Origin: Clostridiaceae bacterium
GTDB lineage: Bacteria > Bacillota > Clostridia > Saccharofermentanales > DTU023
NCBI GenBank assembly: GCA_012838795.1
Contig: DUOO01000056.1
Coordinates: 84,119 to 148,118 of the forward strand
Direction of reading: 5' to 3'
DNA length: 64,000 bases
A program made the translations under genes and the position numbers. Below are positions 40,702 to 51,858 of the stretch, piece after piece (position 1 is the stretch's first letter; the number at the start of each line of letters is the position of its first letter). The notes beneath the pieces were generated by a model that saw only the letters and a program-made list of their open reading frames with translations, searched no databases and was not told where the DNA came from.

Positions 40702-41001
40702 TTGTGGTATCGGTTCTTGCACTAACCCATTTTTTAAGATTTCAAAAAAGCAAGATGAGAACATTTAAAAAGAAGAGCAAAAAAGAAGAACAAAAAAGAA
40801 AGCAATAAGACAGAACAATATGGAAGAACAACAAGGACGAGCAATAAGGAAAAGCAATACGGGAATCTAAAAATGTAATATAAGATACCAAATAATTATT
40901 GAATACGCTCAGATGCTGAATATGATATTAAATATGCAATAATGTGTAAGAGAGCTTATGAGAATAATGAATTTTAAAATATATAAAACGGGAGGTACAC
41001 C

Positions 41002-42576
41002 ATGAAAAAATATGATTATCTGGTAATAGGTACAGGGGCAGCAAATATTACTACTGATGCGGCAATTGATGCAGGAAAAACAGTAGCTGTCATTGAAAAA
41101 GGCAAGTTCGGCGGAACTTGTTTGAATCGTGGTTGCATTCCGACCAAAACATTGGTCAATCCTGTAGATTATAAAATGGATTTTGCCAGACTCAAGAGCA
41201 AGGGTTTGATTGAAGGTGAATTCAAGCTTAATTGGACCGCAATGGGCGCGAGAATGTGGAATCATTTGAATCATCAGAGTTCGCAAGTTCTTGAAGCATA
41301 TTCTGTTGAAGAAAATGTGGATGTTTACCAAGGAACGGGATTTTTCACGGGGGAAAAAGTCGTCCGGGTTAAATTTAATGACGGAACACTTTCGGAAGAA
41401 TTGACAGCAGATACGATTTTAATTGCCAGCGGTGCCCGTACCAGAATTCCCGATAATATCAAAGGATTGGAAAAAATTGATTATATAACTTCGGAAACTT
41501 TTTTTGGAGACAAATTTCCGAAACAACCATATAGAAGTCTGGTGATTTTAGGTGGCGGCCCGATTGCAGCAGAATTTGCCCATATCTTTGCAAACATGGG
41601 GACACAGGTTACAATCGTTCAGCATAATCCGCGTTTGTTGCCGGTTTTTGATCCTGACATTACAGAAACAGTGTTGAAGGAATACGAAAAGTCAGGTATT
41701 GAAGTCTATCTCAATTCTGAGATGATCCAAGTTGAGGAAAACGACGGAGTCAAGAAATTTACGATCGAACATCGTGCAACCGGAGAAACAAAAATTATCG
41801 AAGCAGAAGATTTATTACTTGCTACGGGATTAACCGGCAACAGCGATATTTTAAAACTTGAAAATACCGGTGTTGAATTGGATAGTCGCGGCTGGATTAA
41901 GACTAATGAATTTCTGGAAACTTCAGTTGAAGGAGTTTATGCAATCGGTGATGCGAATGGCAAATTTCAATTACGTCATGTAGCAAATTATGAAGCGGAA
42001 ATATTGGCTTTTAACTTGTTCGAAAGAGAGCGAAATGATGCAGGTTTAGCTGTTACACCAAGAAGAAGAGCACGTTATGACGTCGTTCCGTCTGCGGTTT
42101 ATACTCATCCGCAAGTAGCCTCAGTCGGTTTGAATACAAAAATGGCAGAAGACCAAGGTTTTCAGATAACAACGGGTAAATTTGCATACGGATATACGAT
42201 TAAACCGTTTGCCATGGGTTACGATTTCGGAAAACCGGAAAATTTTGTTAAAATTATTGCAGATCAAAAGACCAGACGAATTTTAGGAGTTCAAATTGTC
42301 GGACCGGAAGCAGCGATTTTAGTTCAACCTTATGTAAACCTGATCAACACCGGAGAGCATAAATTCAAAATTCTCGAGCCGGAAATCGGTTCTGCTGAAA
42401 CTGAAAGAGAACGCAAAGAATTTACTGCAAGATATCTTGATCCGAGAACTCCCGATGCCGTCAACTATACAATGACGATCCATCCGGCTTTAAGCGAAGT
42501 ATCAACTTGGGCATCAAGTGCAGTTGAATTCGACGGACCGATCCTCAATGCCGAACAACCGATAGATTTGGAATAG
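41002..42576 (+). CDS. Class I FAD-dependent pyridine nucleotide-disulfide oxidoreductase (dihydrolipoamide/mycothione-reductase-like)
   Basis: 524 aa. GTGAAN FAD motif, redox-active GGTCLNRGCIPTK, second Rossmann GGGPIAAE. SD GGGAGG. Confidence 0.8.
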   Translation: MKKYDYLVIGTGAANITTDAAIDAGKTVAVIEKGKFGGTCLNRGCIPTKTLVNPVDYKMDFARLKSKGLIEGEFKLNWTAMGARMWNHLNHQSSQVLEAYSVEENVDVYQGTGFFTGEKVVRVKFNDGTLSEELTADTILIASGARTRIPDNIKGLEKIDYITSETFFGDKFPKQPYRSLVILGGGPIAAEFAHIFANMGTQVTIVQHNPRLLPVFDPDITETVLKEYEKSGIEVYLNSEMIQVEENDGVKKFTIEHRATGETKIIEAEDLLLATGLTGNSDILKLENTGVELDSRGWIKTNEFLETSVEGVYAIGDANGKFQLRHVANYEAEILAFNLFERERNDAGLAVTPRRRARYDVVPSAVYTHPQVASVGLNTKMAEDQGFQITTGKFAYGYTIKPFAMGYDFGKPENFVKIIADQKTRRILGVQIVGPEAAILVQPYVNLINTGEHKFKILEPEIGSAETERERKEFTARYLDPRTPDAVNYTMTIHPALSEVSTWASSAVEFDGPILNAEQPIDLE

Positions 42577-42647
42577 ATGAATTGTAAAAAGTAATTTCAA
42601 ATCAGTTTGATTGCTCAAGATAATATTTAATACACTGGAAAACGAAG

Positions 42648-45600
42648 ATGACGTTGAAAAACCGAGCTGAATTAATTGCTTCAACAGATCCGATACAGTT
42701 AATGGATTATTGTCTTTCTGATCTGGCAAGTCATGCCAAGGGCATGATCTCCAGGCTTAATGAAAGAGCTTTTTTAATCGTGCCGGAAGCTTTGAAAGCT
42801 GATCTGGAAAGAAGATATTTAGAAAATTATGATGTTGACGGTTTAATGTTGGCGGAGGTTTTATCGTTTAACCGTTTGGCGCATCGGATTTTTTCGATTG
42901 TCGGCGGTTTAGCTGCTGAAACAATTTCCCGTTTAGGCAAATCTTTAATTATTCAGCGCTTAATTCATGACAATTCTGCAAAATTTAAACGCTTCCAACG
43001 TTTTGCCGGAGTACCCGGTTATTCTTCTGAATTGGAAACAGTCTTAAGTGATTTCAAGCGTTTTGATCTCGACAATTCGACGTTGGTTCATTTATCTGAA
43101 TTGGCTCCTCCGTCTTTAACCAAAGATAAATTGACCGACTTTGCTGCTTTGCAGAATCTTTATCAGACCAAGATGCAAGAGCTTGAACTGATTGATCAGG
43201 ATGACAACTTGGACCGTTTAGCAGCATTGTTGCAGGATATTAAATGGAAATCGGAATTGGATTTTTTAAAGAATACCAGAATCTGGATTACCGGTTTTGC
43301 GGATATCAGGACTTTTAATCAACAAGAATTGAGAGTTATTAAATTACTGGCTGAACGAGTCAAAGAATTAAAAATTACGATTTGTACGGACTTGAGTTTT
43401 GCAGATTCAATCAGACAAGAATTGTTCGAGCCGGGCTATCAATCTTTTCTTCAGCTGCGTAAGATATTGCCTGAAGCACAATTACTTACCTTAGAAGAAA
43501 AAAACACACCGATACGTAAAGCTTTACAAGAATCTATTCTAACAGGCATGTTGCAACTTGACGGAGAGAATAATCCATTATCGTCCGGTGCAGAAAGCCT
43601 GAATACCGAATATGATCAGTTCACTTTAATCGCTGCGGAAGATAAAAGACAGGAATGGGCATTCATCGCCGGTGAAATTAAACGACTTCTGACGGAGAAT
43701 AATTATCGCAAAAAAGATATCGGAATTGTGATTTGTGATGACATTAAAGACTTAAGTCTTGAAAAATCTGTCTTTCGTGAATTCGGTTTAGAAACTTTTT
43801 TATCAGAACGCATACCTCTGCGCCAAACTGCACTTTTTCGGTATTTGTCAGGATTTTTCGAGTTATCAACTAATGATTTCAATCTAAATGATTTATTGGC
43901 GTTTCTAAGATCGGGTTTAGCAGAACCGCCGGAAGAAGAAATTGATCAATTTGAAAACATTTGTCTGGAATACGGTTTGAATACTGCTCCGAAAATTCAA
44001 AAAGTCAAGTATTATGATGTGATTAAAACTGATCAAAAAGAATGGGCATTGTCTTTCAAGCAAGAATATCTTGATCCGGTCTTTGCTGTCTTGAAAGGAA
44101 TGCGGAGTATAAGACGAGGTGCGAAAAAATCGGAGTGTCTTTTAACGTGGCTTGCCCGGGATGTTTTCCTGGATAAATTGCAAGGGATGGTTGATCAATT
44201 GCGAGACTCCGGCGAGGAAGATATATCATTGTCTCTAGCCAGATCTTGGGAATTAATTGTTCAATTACTAGAAGAGAGTGTAAGACTTTTAGGTGAGAGC
44301 CAAATTAGTCAAAAAGCTTTTAAGGAAATAATACTCGGCACTTTATCCGGACAAACTCCGACTTCGATTCCGGTCGGACTTGACCGGATCAGAGTCGGCA
44401 GTCCGCGCGAGATGATGTATTATGAGTGCAAAGTGTTATTTATAACCGGGGCAACTCGCGACAAATTTCCGCAAACAAATATAAAAGAAGGATTTTTGCA
44501 TCAGATTGAAATAGATTGGATCGAATTAAATAGTGATAAAAAGTTACCGGACTATAAGAAAAACGGAATTTTATCAAATCAAGTTACCTCTATATTAAAT
44601 TTGACTGTGGCACAAGATCGAATTTATCTTTCAGTTCCGGATTTGGATGAAGTACAATGGCCTGCAATCTTTGTTCTTTTACAGAATGAATTGACAAATA
44701 AATTGGCAAAACAAATTAATTTGAATTCGATTATTCTGGGTGATCCGAGTGAACCGGATCAGCGATGGCTGACTGCAGCAAGAGCTAAGCGCTATTTGGC
44801 GGCTCGGCAAAGAGCCAAAGAATCTGATTTACAAAACACACTGCAAAAAACGGAATTTTCTGCTGAACAGAAATCAGATTTAAGACTGCCGACAGTTGAA
44901 GCTTTTTGGCAAAAAGCTTTGGCAAAAGCAATAAACCGAGATACGATGCAAGTATCACAAACAGAATTGATAACGGATCCTTTGGACACAATCAAGCCAT
45001 ATCTGACTTTGGATCGCGAATTGCTGAAACAAGTATTTGCCCGAAATAATTACTTTTCTGCCAGCGGCTTGGAAAGATTCCAAGCTTGTCCCTATCAATA
45101 CTTTGCAGATTATACTTTGTCTCTGCGGGAAAGACCGCTCTGGGATGCAGACCCGCGTGATCGGGGTACTTTAATTCACTCAATGATGGAAATTGCTTTA
45201 CGTAATTTGGAGGAGAAATTACGTAAAGGTACGGATTCGATAACCGAAAATGAAGAATTTGCAAAATGGCTTGAGCAAATTAAGCTGGAATCTTATTATG
45301 ATGAACTATATCGAAAAAGTTTAAAAGCCACAGGGATTACGTCTTATCAAGACGGGGCAATTGTCGCAGCTCAAGGTCGGAGAATCAAACGACATGTTCG
45401 GGCGGCACTTTGGTATAATGCCACAATCATAGCTCCGGACGGATTTTTTCCGCAATTTTTTGAATGGACATTTCCGCCTTATAAACAATCAAGTGATTAT
45501 CAGGAACTTGAACTTTCTGCTGCAGACCCTCGAGTTTATTTACGAGGTGTAATAGATCGGATTGATCAGAATAATGCCGGACAATATCGATTGTATGACT

Positions 45601-46070
45601 ATAAAACCGGCAGCAAAAAAATTGATCCGCAACGGATTCGTTCAGGACTGGATCTTCAATTAGGTCTTTATCAAAAGATTTGGCAGATAAATCATCCTGA
45701 ACAAACACCGGATCGAATAGCCTATTTGAATTTCAACAACAGACCCAAGGATGTATACAATGCTAAACAATTGTTTTTTCCTCCCCGACAAGATTTGATT
45801 GAAAGATTGAATAGTAATAATCCGATTCAGGAAATTAAGACATCAAATTCAGATGAGTTGAAAGAAATAGGCGAACAAGCTTTGCAACATGCAAAATCGG
45901 CAGTGAAAAAAATATGCCAAGGACAGATTTCGCCGATTCCCAAAACTGTTATCAAAGATAATTTGCCCTGTGATTATTGTGTTTATAAAGAAATGTGCCG
46001 TTATGATCAAAGATTGATCGAAAAACGAGCTGAATACTTGCAAATATCGGAAACAGAAGAAGAGCAATGA
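42648..46070 (+). CDS. addB: Helicase-nuclease AddAB subunit B
   Basis: 1140 aa. C-terminal RecB-type nuclease with Fe-S cysteines (ACPYQYF ... CDYCVYKEMC). N-terminus is collinear with B. subtilis AddB but lacks the P-loop. Confidence 0.85.
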   Translation: MTLKNRAELIASTDPIQLMDYCLSDLASHAKGMISRLNERAFLIVPEALKADLERRYLENYDVDGLMLAEVLSFNRLAHRIFSIVGGLAAETISRLGKSLIIQRLIHDNSAKFKRFQRFAGVPGYSSELETVLSDFKRFDLDNSTLVHLSELAPPSLTKDKLTDFAALQNLYQTKMQELELIDQDDNLDRLAALLQDIKWKSELDFLKNTRIWITGFADIRTFNQQELRVIKLLAERVKELKITICTDLSFADSIRQELFEPGYQSFLQLRKILPEAQLLTLEEKNTPIRKALQESILTGMLQLDGENNPLSSGAESLNTEYDQFTLIAAEDKRQEWAFIAGEIKRLLTENNYRKKDIGIVICDDIKDLSLEKSVFREFGLETFLSERIPLRQTALFRYLSGFFELSTNDFNLNDLLAFLRSGLAEPPEEEIDQFENICLEYGLNTAPKIQKVKYYDVIKTDQKEWALSFKQEYLDPVFAVLKGMRSIRRGAKKSECLLTWLARDVFLDKLQGMVDQLRDSGEEDISLSLARSWELIVQLLEESVRLLGESQISQKAFKEIILGTLSGQTPTSIPVGLDRIRVGSPREMMYYECKVLFITGATRDKFPQTNIKEGFLHQIEIDWIELNSDKKLPDYKKNGILSNQVTSILNLTVAQDRIYLSVPDLDEVQWPAIFVLLQNELTNKLAKQINLNSIILGDPSEPDQRWLTAARAKRYLAARQRAKESDLQNTLQKTEFSAEQKSDLRLPTVEAFWQKALAKAINRDTMQVSQTELITDPLDTIKPYLTLDRELLKQVFARNNYFSASGLERFQACPYQYFADYTLSLRERPLWDADPRDRGTLIHSMMEIALRNLEEKLRKGTDSITENEEFAKWLEQIKLESYYDELYRKSLKATGITSYQDGAIVAAQGRRIKRHVRAALWYNATIIAPDGFFPQFFEWTFPPYKQSSDYQELELSAADPRVYLRGVIDRIDQNNAGQYRLYDYKTGSKKIDPQRIRSGLDLQLGLYQKIWQINHPEQTPDRIAYLNFNNRPKDVYNAKQLFFPPRQDLIERLNSNNPIQEIKTSNSDELKEIGEQALQHAKSAVKKICQGQISPIPKTVIKDNLPCDYCVYKEMCRYDQRLIEKRAEYLQISETEEEQ

Positions 46071-46164
46071 TAACGATAACAGGGAAATAAGGATGATATT
46101 AAAGTAGCAGATAGAATACGCGACACCGAAAAAAGATGGTAAAGACAAGATCAGAGAAAAAGAC

Positions 46165-49100
46165 ATGAGTGTAAGTTGGACAAAAGAACAATTACAAGCG
46201 ATAGAATATGATCAGCCAAGGCCGTTATTAGTTTCAGCTGCAGCCGGTTCAGGTAAAACGGCAGTTTTGATTGAAAGAATATTCCGTCGGGTAATGGCGA
46301 AAAAAATTGAGCCGGAGAATATTCTGGTTGCCACTTTCACCGATAAAGCCGCTACTCAAATGAGGCAGAAAATCGATGAAAAAATTTCAGCAGAACTGCA
46401 ACAAGCAACTGATCCGGAAAGTCTTAAATATCTCAGAGAACTTAAACGGCGTTTTCCGCTTGCGCAAATTTCCACGATTCATGCCTTTTGTCTCAATTTA
46501 ATTAAAGAATACGGTGCATACTTAACGGACCAAAACGGTCAGCTTATTTTACAACCCGGATTTACCACAATATCACAAACATATCGTGACATTTATCTTA
46601 ATCAGGCAATTGATGAAGTTTTGACGGAATTATATCAAAAAACATCTAATTTGAATATTTCAGATAATGCAAATAATCAGTTGAAATTCAACGATCCCGC
46701 TGACAACGACTCGATTCACAACGAAAATCAAGAAGATGTCAGCACGTCTTTCGTTGTCCAACAAATCCCGGGCACACAAAGCAAAATCGAGTTATTTAAT
46801 TTCTTGGAAAATCCGATTACGCAAGCCGAATGGCTGCAGGACTTTGATCAGTTAGTCTTGATGATAAATGATTCATTAAGTGATCAGCCGGTACGTGATC
46901 AATTGGCAAGGTCTTTAGCTCAATTGCGCAGTATGGCATATTTTGAAGATGTAATTCAACAAGCATTGAAAGATTTTAAATTACAATCTGAGGATTTCAG
47001 CAGACATCCGGTAGTTCAGGAAGCTTTAGAACAAATTGAAGCATTAATTGAACCGGCAATTGAAGGGTTGAATTATGCATTGAATAGTGAACATTTACGG
47101 ATTGTTTTAAGTAAAAAGACTCAAACCAAAGAGCATTTACAAATTGCGGAACGCTTGAATCTTGAGTTGAAAGTAATTAATGAAATAAAGCAAATTCTTT
47201 CTGCAAAACTTTCCGGCACGGAAAAATGGAATCAGATTCATGAGCAAGGTAAGCAATTAGGCGAGATTATCAATCTCAGAGCAAATAATTCCTGTACACC
47301 GCAAGCTATAGCCAAGATGGATTTTATCGCGAATTATGAACCGAAAGTTTTGCCGGTAATGGCGATGATTCATCCTGCTTTCAGACATGGTTCAGCTGTA
47401 GCTAAACGTAATCGGCTGGAAAAAGTCAAACCTTATTTTATTCGCAGTACAGATGAGATTGAGCAGGATTTACAGTCGATGCTCAGATATTTGGCACGGT
47501 TTTTTGAAACCGTGATTTTGATAGAACGACGTTTTCAGCAAATTAAAATTCAACACAATCAAATTGATTTCAACGATTATGAGCATTATGCTCTGAAGTT
47601 ACTGGATCAGTCGGAAATCGCCGAAGTAATCCATGAGAGATATCAAGAGATTTATCTGGATGAGTATCAAGACACCAATCCGATTCAGGAAACGTTAATT
47701 TCCAGAATTAAATGTCCGCGGGTATTCATGGTAGGTGATCTGAAACAAAGTATTTATAAATTTCGTTTTGCCGATCCCGGTTTATTCAGAAATAAATTGA
47801 GCAATTTCTTATTGTATGATCCGGAGGCAGATTTATCCGGCATTTCTGACGGATATACGGTTTTATTAAATCGAAATTTCCGCAGCAGCGAAACGATTTT
47901 GTCGGCAATCAATGATTTGTTCAGCTGGTTTATGCAGCGTGAAATTGCCGAAATTGAATATGATCAAACTCAGATGTTGATTCCGGGCAGGGATGATTTG
48001 AGTGAAACTGAATTGGGAGAGCGTCGGATTTCGCTTGAACATCTGGTGATTCCACATGAAATAAACGATTTTGATCTTAGTTTAATTCCTGAACTGACCC
48101 GGATAAAGATTGAATCAGCAACTGATTTGGAGTTGGCATTAGAAGCTTTACAAGCAGTCAAAATTATTAAACGTGAATTGCTCAACGGACGACAATTAAG
48201 CGATATTGCAATCCTTAGTCGTAAGCATCGTATCAGCAGTATCTATAAACAAGTTCTGGCTGCTTACGGAATACCGGTCAGCGGAGGTGAACAAGCCACA
48301 TATCTGGAAACTCCGGAATTAAGATTTTTAACTCAGCTATTCAGTTTATTGGACAATTTTCAACAAGATATCCCTCTGGCATCAGTGATGCGCTCTCAAA
48401 TTTTCGGGATTCCCTTTGACGAAAATGAATTACTTACTTTACGTTTAAGCCAACCGGAAGCTGAATATTTCTATGAAGTTGTCCAAAATGCAAGTGAATT
48501 GTCACAAACAGATTTTATTGCCCGAAGCAAGCAGGAAAATATCGATGCCGTTGCTTTATATAATAAATTATGTGAATTTATGCAGACAATAAATGCTTTA
48601 CGTAACCAGTCTAAATGGTTATCTTTGGCAGAATTGCTGGATAAAATTTTCCGAATTGCAGATTATCCTGATTATCTGATGCGGCTGCCTTTTTCCGAGC
48701 AAAGACTTTCCGATATTGAGCGTTTTCAACAATGGGCAAATCAATTTGAACAAGAACGAGGCGGCGGATTAAGGAATTTCATTGTCTATATAAAGCAAAT
48801 CACGGATCAAAAGTTAGAATTAGAAAACTTTGATATTCCACCTGTACCCGGGGATAGTGTCGCCACGATGACCATTCATGCTTCTAAAGGCCTGGAGTTT
48901 CCGGTGGTTATTCTGGCGGGTGCCAACGAATCGTTATCTGCAAGAAGAAGTACGGACATTTTAAGTTTTGATCCCGAATTCGGCTTATCAAGTTATATTG
49001 TGGATTTCGAACAACAGGCTGCATATTCATCACCGGCAAATGCCTGGCATCAGGATCAGCTGATCAGTATGGAATTAGCGGAAGAGTACCGCTTGCTCTA

Positions 49101-50451
49101 TGTAGCAATGACTCGCGCGGAAGAAAAACTATACATTCTTTCCGGTGCGCAAATGAAACCGGTTGAAAATGATTATTATGAAAAGGCTTTGGATTTAATT
49201 GAGCATAATTTTACCAGGTCGAATTTTCAAAATCTGAAAAGCTATGCAGAAATCATTGTCGGATATTTACATACTCAAGATACTCTTGTTACAGATGGTT
49301 TTCCCGGCTCAAGCATACTGGCAACGTATGATTTCATAGACATGTTTCGTGATTTTCCGCAGGATGATAATTCGAACCGGTCAATTAATAATCAAGAACA
49401 AACAATAAATCAAAAATTAATATTACCTGATTCGGATCAAAAAAAATATCAACCGCTGACGATTGGCAGGTATGACTTTTCAGCGAATTATCTTTCGGAA
49501 TTATTGGCGGAACTTAAACAAATCAATCATGAATATGCTGATTATTCAGTTCAGGCGGAAGCTGACGGGCAAATTCATAAATCAGAGATTCCGTTCAACG
49601 AATCTGAGACAGAAGTCAGTGAAGATGCTCAAACAAACAAAGCTATTGAACGTTTACAAAAACTTTTATCAGATTTGCCGAAGGATGATCCGCTCAATAC
49701 GATTCCGGCAAAATTGACAGTTTCAGAAATAAGTGCAGCCGAGCAAAGCAGAAATCCGGATAATCCGGAACAAATTATTCTGCCGTCCGGCATGGCGGAT
49801 ATGAGTTATTCTTTGCGCAAACCGGAAATTGAATCACTGATTGATGAGATAAGTATTTCGGGCAGAGAATTCGGAACTTTTATTCATGGTTTGATGCAAT
49901 TTATTAAGTTGGAGAATTTTCTTGAAAAACCTGATTCACAATGGGAGAGTATTTTTCGTGAACAAATTGAGCAGATGATTCATAAACAACAACTATTTGC
50001 CAAAAACAAGCCGCAAGCAGCTGCGGCCTATCCCTTGCTGGAAAAATTCTTTCGCTCGGAGATAGCAAAACGTCTCTATCAAGTGGAAAAAACAGGACAT
50101 CCGGTATATCGGGAAATTCCGTTTACTTTAGCAATTCCGGCAACGGAAATTCAATTACTTGATCAGAAGCAGTTTAAGCAAATTGCTCCGGCAAAAATGA
50201 AATATGATCAAGACCAAATATTAATTCAAGGCATGATAGATCTTTGGTTCATGGAAGATGATCAGGCAGTTCTTTTGGACTATAAATCAGATCATATTAC
50301 GGGAAGAGAAGACCGGGTTCAAGCAGAGTTGGAAAAAAGATATTCGGTTCAGCTTAAATATTATACTATGGCGATTGAAAAAATCATTGAAAAGCCGGTC
50401 AAAGAACGTTATATCTGGCTCTTCCGCCAAGGCAAAGCTTATAGCTTATAG
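46165..50451 (+). CDS. addA: Helicase-nuclease AddAB subunit A (UvrD/Rep-type helicase plus nuclease)
   Basis: 1428 aa. Walker A AAAGSGKT, DEYQDTN, C-terminal GMIDLWF...LLDYKSD nuclease motif. Confidence 0.92.
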   Translation: MSVSWTKEQLQAIEYDQPRPLLVSAAAGSGKTAVLIERIFRRVMAKKIEPENILVATFTDKAATQMRQKIDEKISAELQQATDPESLKYLRELKRRFPLAQISTIHAFCLNLIKEYGAYLTDQNGQLILQPGFTTISQTYRDIYLNQAIDEVLTELYQKTSNLNISDNANNQLKFNDPADNDSIHNENQEDVSTSFVVQQIPGTQSKIELFNFLENPITQAEWLQDFDQLVLMINDSLSDQPVRDQLARSLAQLRSMAYFEDVIQQALKDFKLQSEDFSRHPVVQEALEQIEALIEPAIEGLNYALNSEHLRIVLSKKTQTKEHLQIAERLNLELKVINEIKQILSAKLSGTEKWNQIHEQGKQLGEIINLRANNSCTPQAIAKMDFIANYEPKVLPVMAMIHPAFRHGSAVAKRNRLEKVKPYFIRSTDEIEQDLQSMLRYLARFFETVILIERRFQQIKIQHNQIDFNDYEHYALKLLDQSEIAEVIHERYQEIYLDEYQDTNPIQETLISRIKCPRVFMVGDLKQSIYKFRFADPGLFRNKLSNFLLYDPEADLSGISDGYTVLLNRNFRSSETILSAINDLFSWFMQREIAEIEYDQTQMLIPGRDDLSETELGERRISLEHLVIPHEINDFDLSLIPELTRIKIESATDLELALEALQAVKIIKRELLNGRQLSDIAILSRKHRISSIYKQVLAAYGIPVSGGEQATYLETPELRFLTQLFSLLDNFQQDIPLASVMRSQIFGIPFDENELLTLRLSQPEAEYFYEVVQNASELSQTDFIARSKQENIDAVALYNKLCEFMQTINALRNQSKWLSLAELLDKIFRIADYPDYLMRLPFSEQRLSDIERFQQWANQFEQERGGGLRNFIVYIKQITDQKLELENFDIPPVPGDSVATMTIHASKGLEFPVVILAGANESLSARRSTDILSFDPEFGLSSYIVDFEQQAAYSSPANAWHQDQLISMELAEEYRLLYVAMTRAEEKLYILSGAQMKPVENDYYEKALDLIEHNFTRSNFQNLKSYAEIIVGYLHTQDTLVTDGFPGSSILATYDFIDMFRDFPQDDNSNRSINNQEQTINQKLILPDSDQKKYQPLTIGRYDFSANYLSELLAELKQINHEYADYSVQAEADGQIHKSEIPFNESETEVSEDAQTNKAIERLQKLLSDLPKDDPLNTIPAKLTVSEISAAEQSRNPDNPEQIILPSGMADMSYSLRKPEIESLIDEISISGREFGTFIHGLMQFIKLENFLEKPDSQWESIFREQIEQMIHKQQLFAKNKPQAAAAYPLLEKFFRSEIAKRLYQVEKTGHPVYREIPFTLAIPATEIQLLDQKQFKQIAPAKMKYDQDQILIQGMIDLWFMEDDQAVLLDYKSDHITGREDRVQAELEKRYSVQLKYYTMAIEKIIEKPVKERYIWLFRQGKAYSL

Positions 50452-50670
50452 AGCTGTCTGATAATGAAGTACATCTTAATTTACAATCTTTTCCGGAAAA
50501 TACAGACAATAATCGGCGATTTCATTTGAATAAAATACAAATATTTTTAATTGTTTTATTTCTAACGTAGTTCTGATATTATTTAAATTCAAAATTATAC
50601 GCTAAGCAGTATAATTATTAATGTTTAGACAAGATCAGAAGATGTATTACACGAGCAGGAGGAAAATAAA

Positions 50671-51858
50671 ATGAGAGAATTATCAAATCTGGCGATGTCC
50701 CTGAAAGGTTCAATTATTCGAGAAATGCATAGTGCCGCGGCAGGCATGACTGACATTTTGAATTTCACGGTGGGTGAGCCTGACTTCGTTACTCCTAAGC
50801 CCATTATAGATAGAGCTTATCAATCAATGCTTGAAGGCAAAACTTTTTATTCACAAAACAGAGGTATTCTGCCTTTAAGGGAAGCGATTTCCGCATACCA
50901 TAAAAAAGTTGACGGAGATAAAATTGCAGTTGATCCGAACGATAATATTCTGGTGACGATCGGAGCAACCGAAGCTTTGCAAATAGCATTGCTTGCAACA
51001 ATCAATCCGGGCGATGAAGTGGTTGTATTAACACCTTGCTGGCCGAATTATCTTGGCATGATTGCGATTGCCGGCGGAATTGCAGTATGTGTTCCGGGAT
51101 ATGAAGAGAACGGTTTTGCGCCGGATCCGGCAGATATAGAAGCTGCAATCACACCCAAGACAAAAGCGATTATGGTCAATTCACCGTCAAACCCGACCGG
51201 AGCGGTAATTCCCCAAGCCACTATGGATCAAATAGCGGCTATTGTCGAAAAACATGATTTATTTGCTTTAGTTGACGAAGTATATCGGACAATCGTCTTT
51301 GACGGTCAAAAAGCGGCTTCTTTGATCGATTATCCGGCAATCAAAGATAATGTAATTTTTATTAACAGTTTTTCGAAAATGTTTGCAATGACCGGTTGGC
51401 GTGTAGGTTATCTGACAGCGGTTCCTCAATTAATCGCCAAAATGACCCTGTTGCACCAAAACTTTGCCAACAGCATTTTTGTTCCGGCTCAGGAAGCTTG
51501 CATTACGGCTTTAGAAGAATGTATTCCCGATTCTGAAAAAATGACGGAATCTTATGAGAAACGTCGCAATCTGATAATCAAAGGCTTAAATGATATTAAA
51601 GGGCTTTCCTGCATTAATCCAGGCGGTGCTTTTTATGCTTTTACCAATATCAGTGAATTCGGTATGAGTTCCCGGGATTTCTGCTTGAAAGTTCTTGACG
51701 AAACTAAAGCTGTAACAGTTCCGGGTGTCGGCTTCGGCCAATCTGCGGACGGTTTGAATTTAGACAATTACATCAGAGTTTCTTATGCAACTTCTGAAGA
51801 TAATATCAATGAATTTCTCAATCGCATGAACGATTTCAGTCAAAAATTCTTTGACTGA
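50671..51858 (+). CDS. Class I/II PLP-dependent aminotransferase (aspartate-aminotransferase-like)
   Basis: 395 aa. SFSKMFAMTGWRVGY (PLP lysine), NSPSNPTG. SD AGGAGG. Confidence 0.9.
   Translation: MRELSNLAMSLKGSIIREMHSAAAGMTDILNFTVGEPDFVTPKPIIDRAYQSMLEGKTFYSQNRGILPLREAISAYHKKVDGDKIAVDPNDNILVTIGATEALQIALLATINPGDEVVVLTPCWPNYLGMIAIAGGIAVCVPGYEENGFAPDPADIEAAITPKTKAIMVNSPSNPTGAVIPQATMDQIAAIVEKHDLFALVDEVYRTIVFDGQKAASLIDYPAIKDNVIFINSFSKMFAMTGWRVGYLTAVPQLIAKMTLLHQNFANSIFVPAQEACITALEECIPDSEKMTESYEKRRNLIIKGLNDIKGLSCINPGGAFYAFTNISEFGMSSRDFCLKVLDETKAVTVPGVGFGQSADGLNLDNYIRVSYATSEDNINEFLNRMNDFSQKFFD

Noticed and set aside
40909-41331. 140-aa minus-strand ORF.
   Set aside because: It is antisense to the 5' part of the FAD-dependent oxidoreductase gene, has low-complexity I/F-rich composition and no SD.
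44785-45708. Several 67-93-aa minus-strand ORFs inside addB, with similar ones inside addA at 47866-48185.
   Set aside because: They are antisense to long, well-supported helicase-nuclease genes and show no independent signals.
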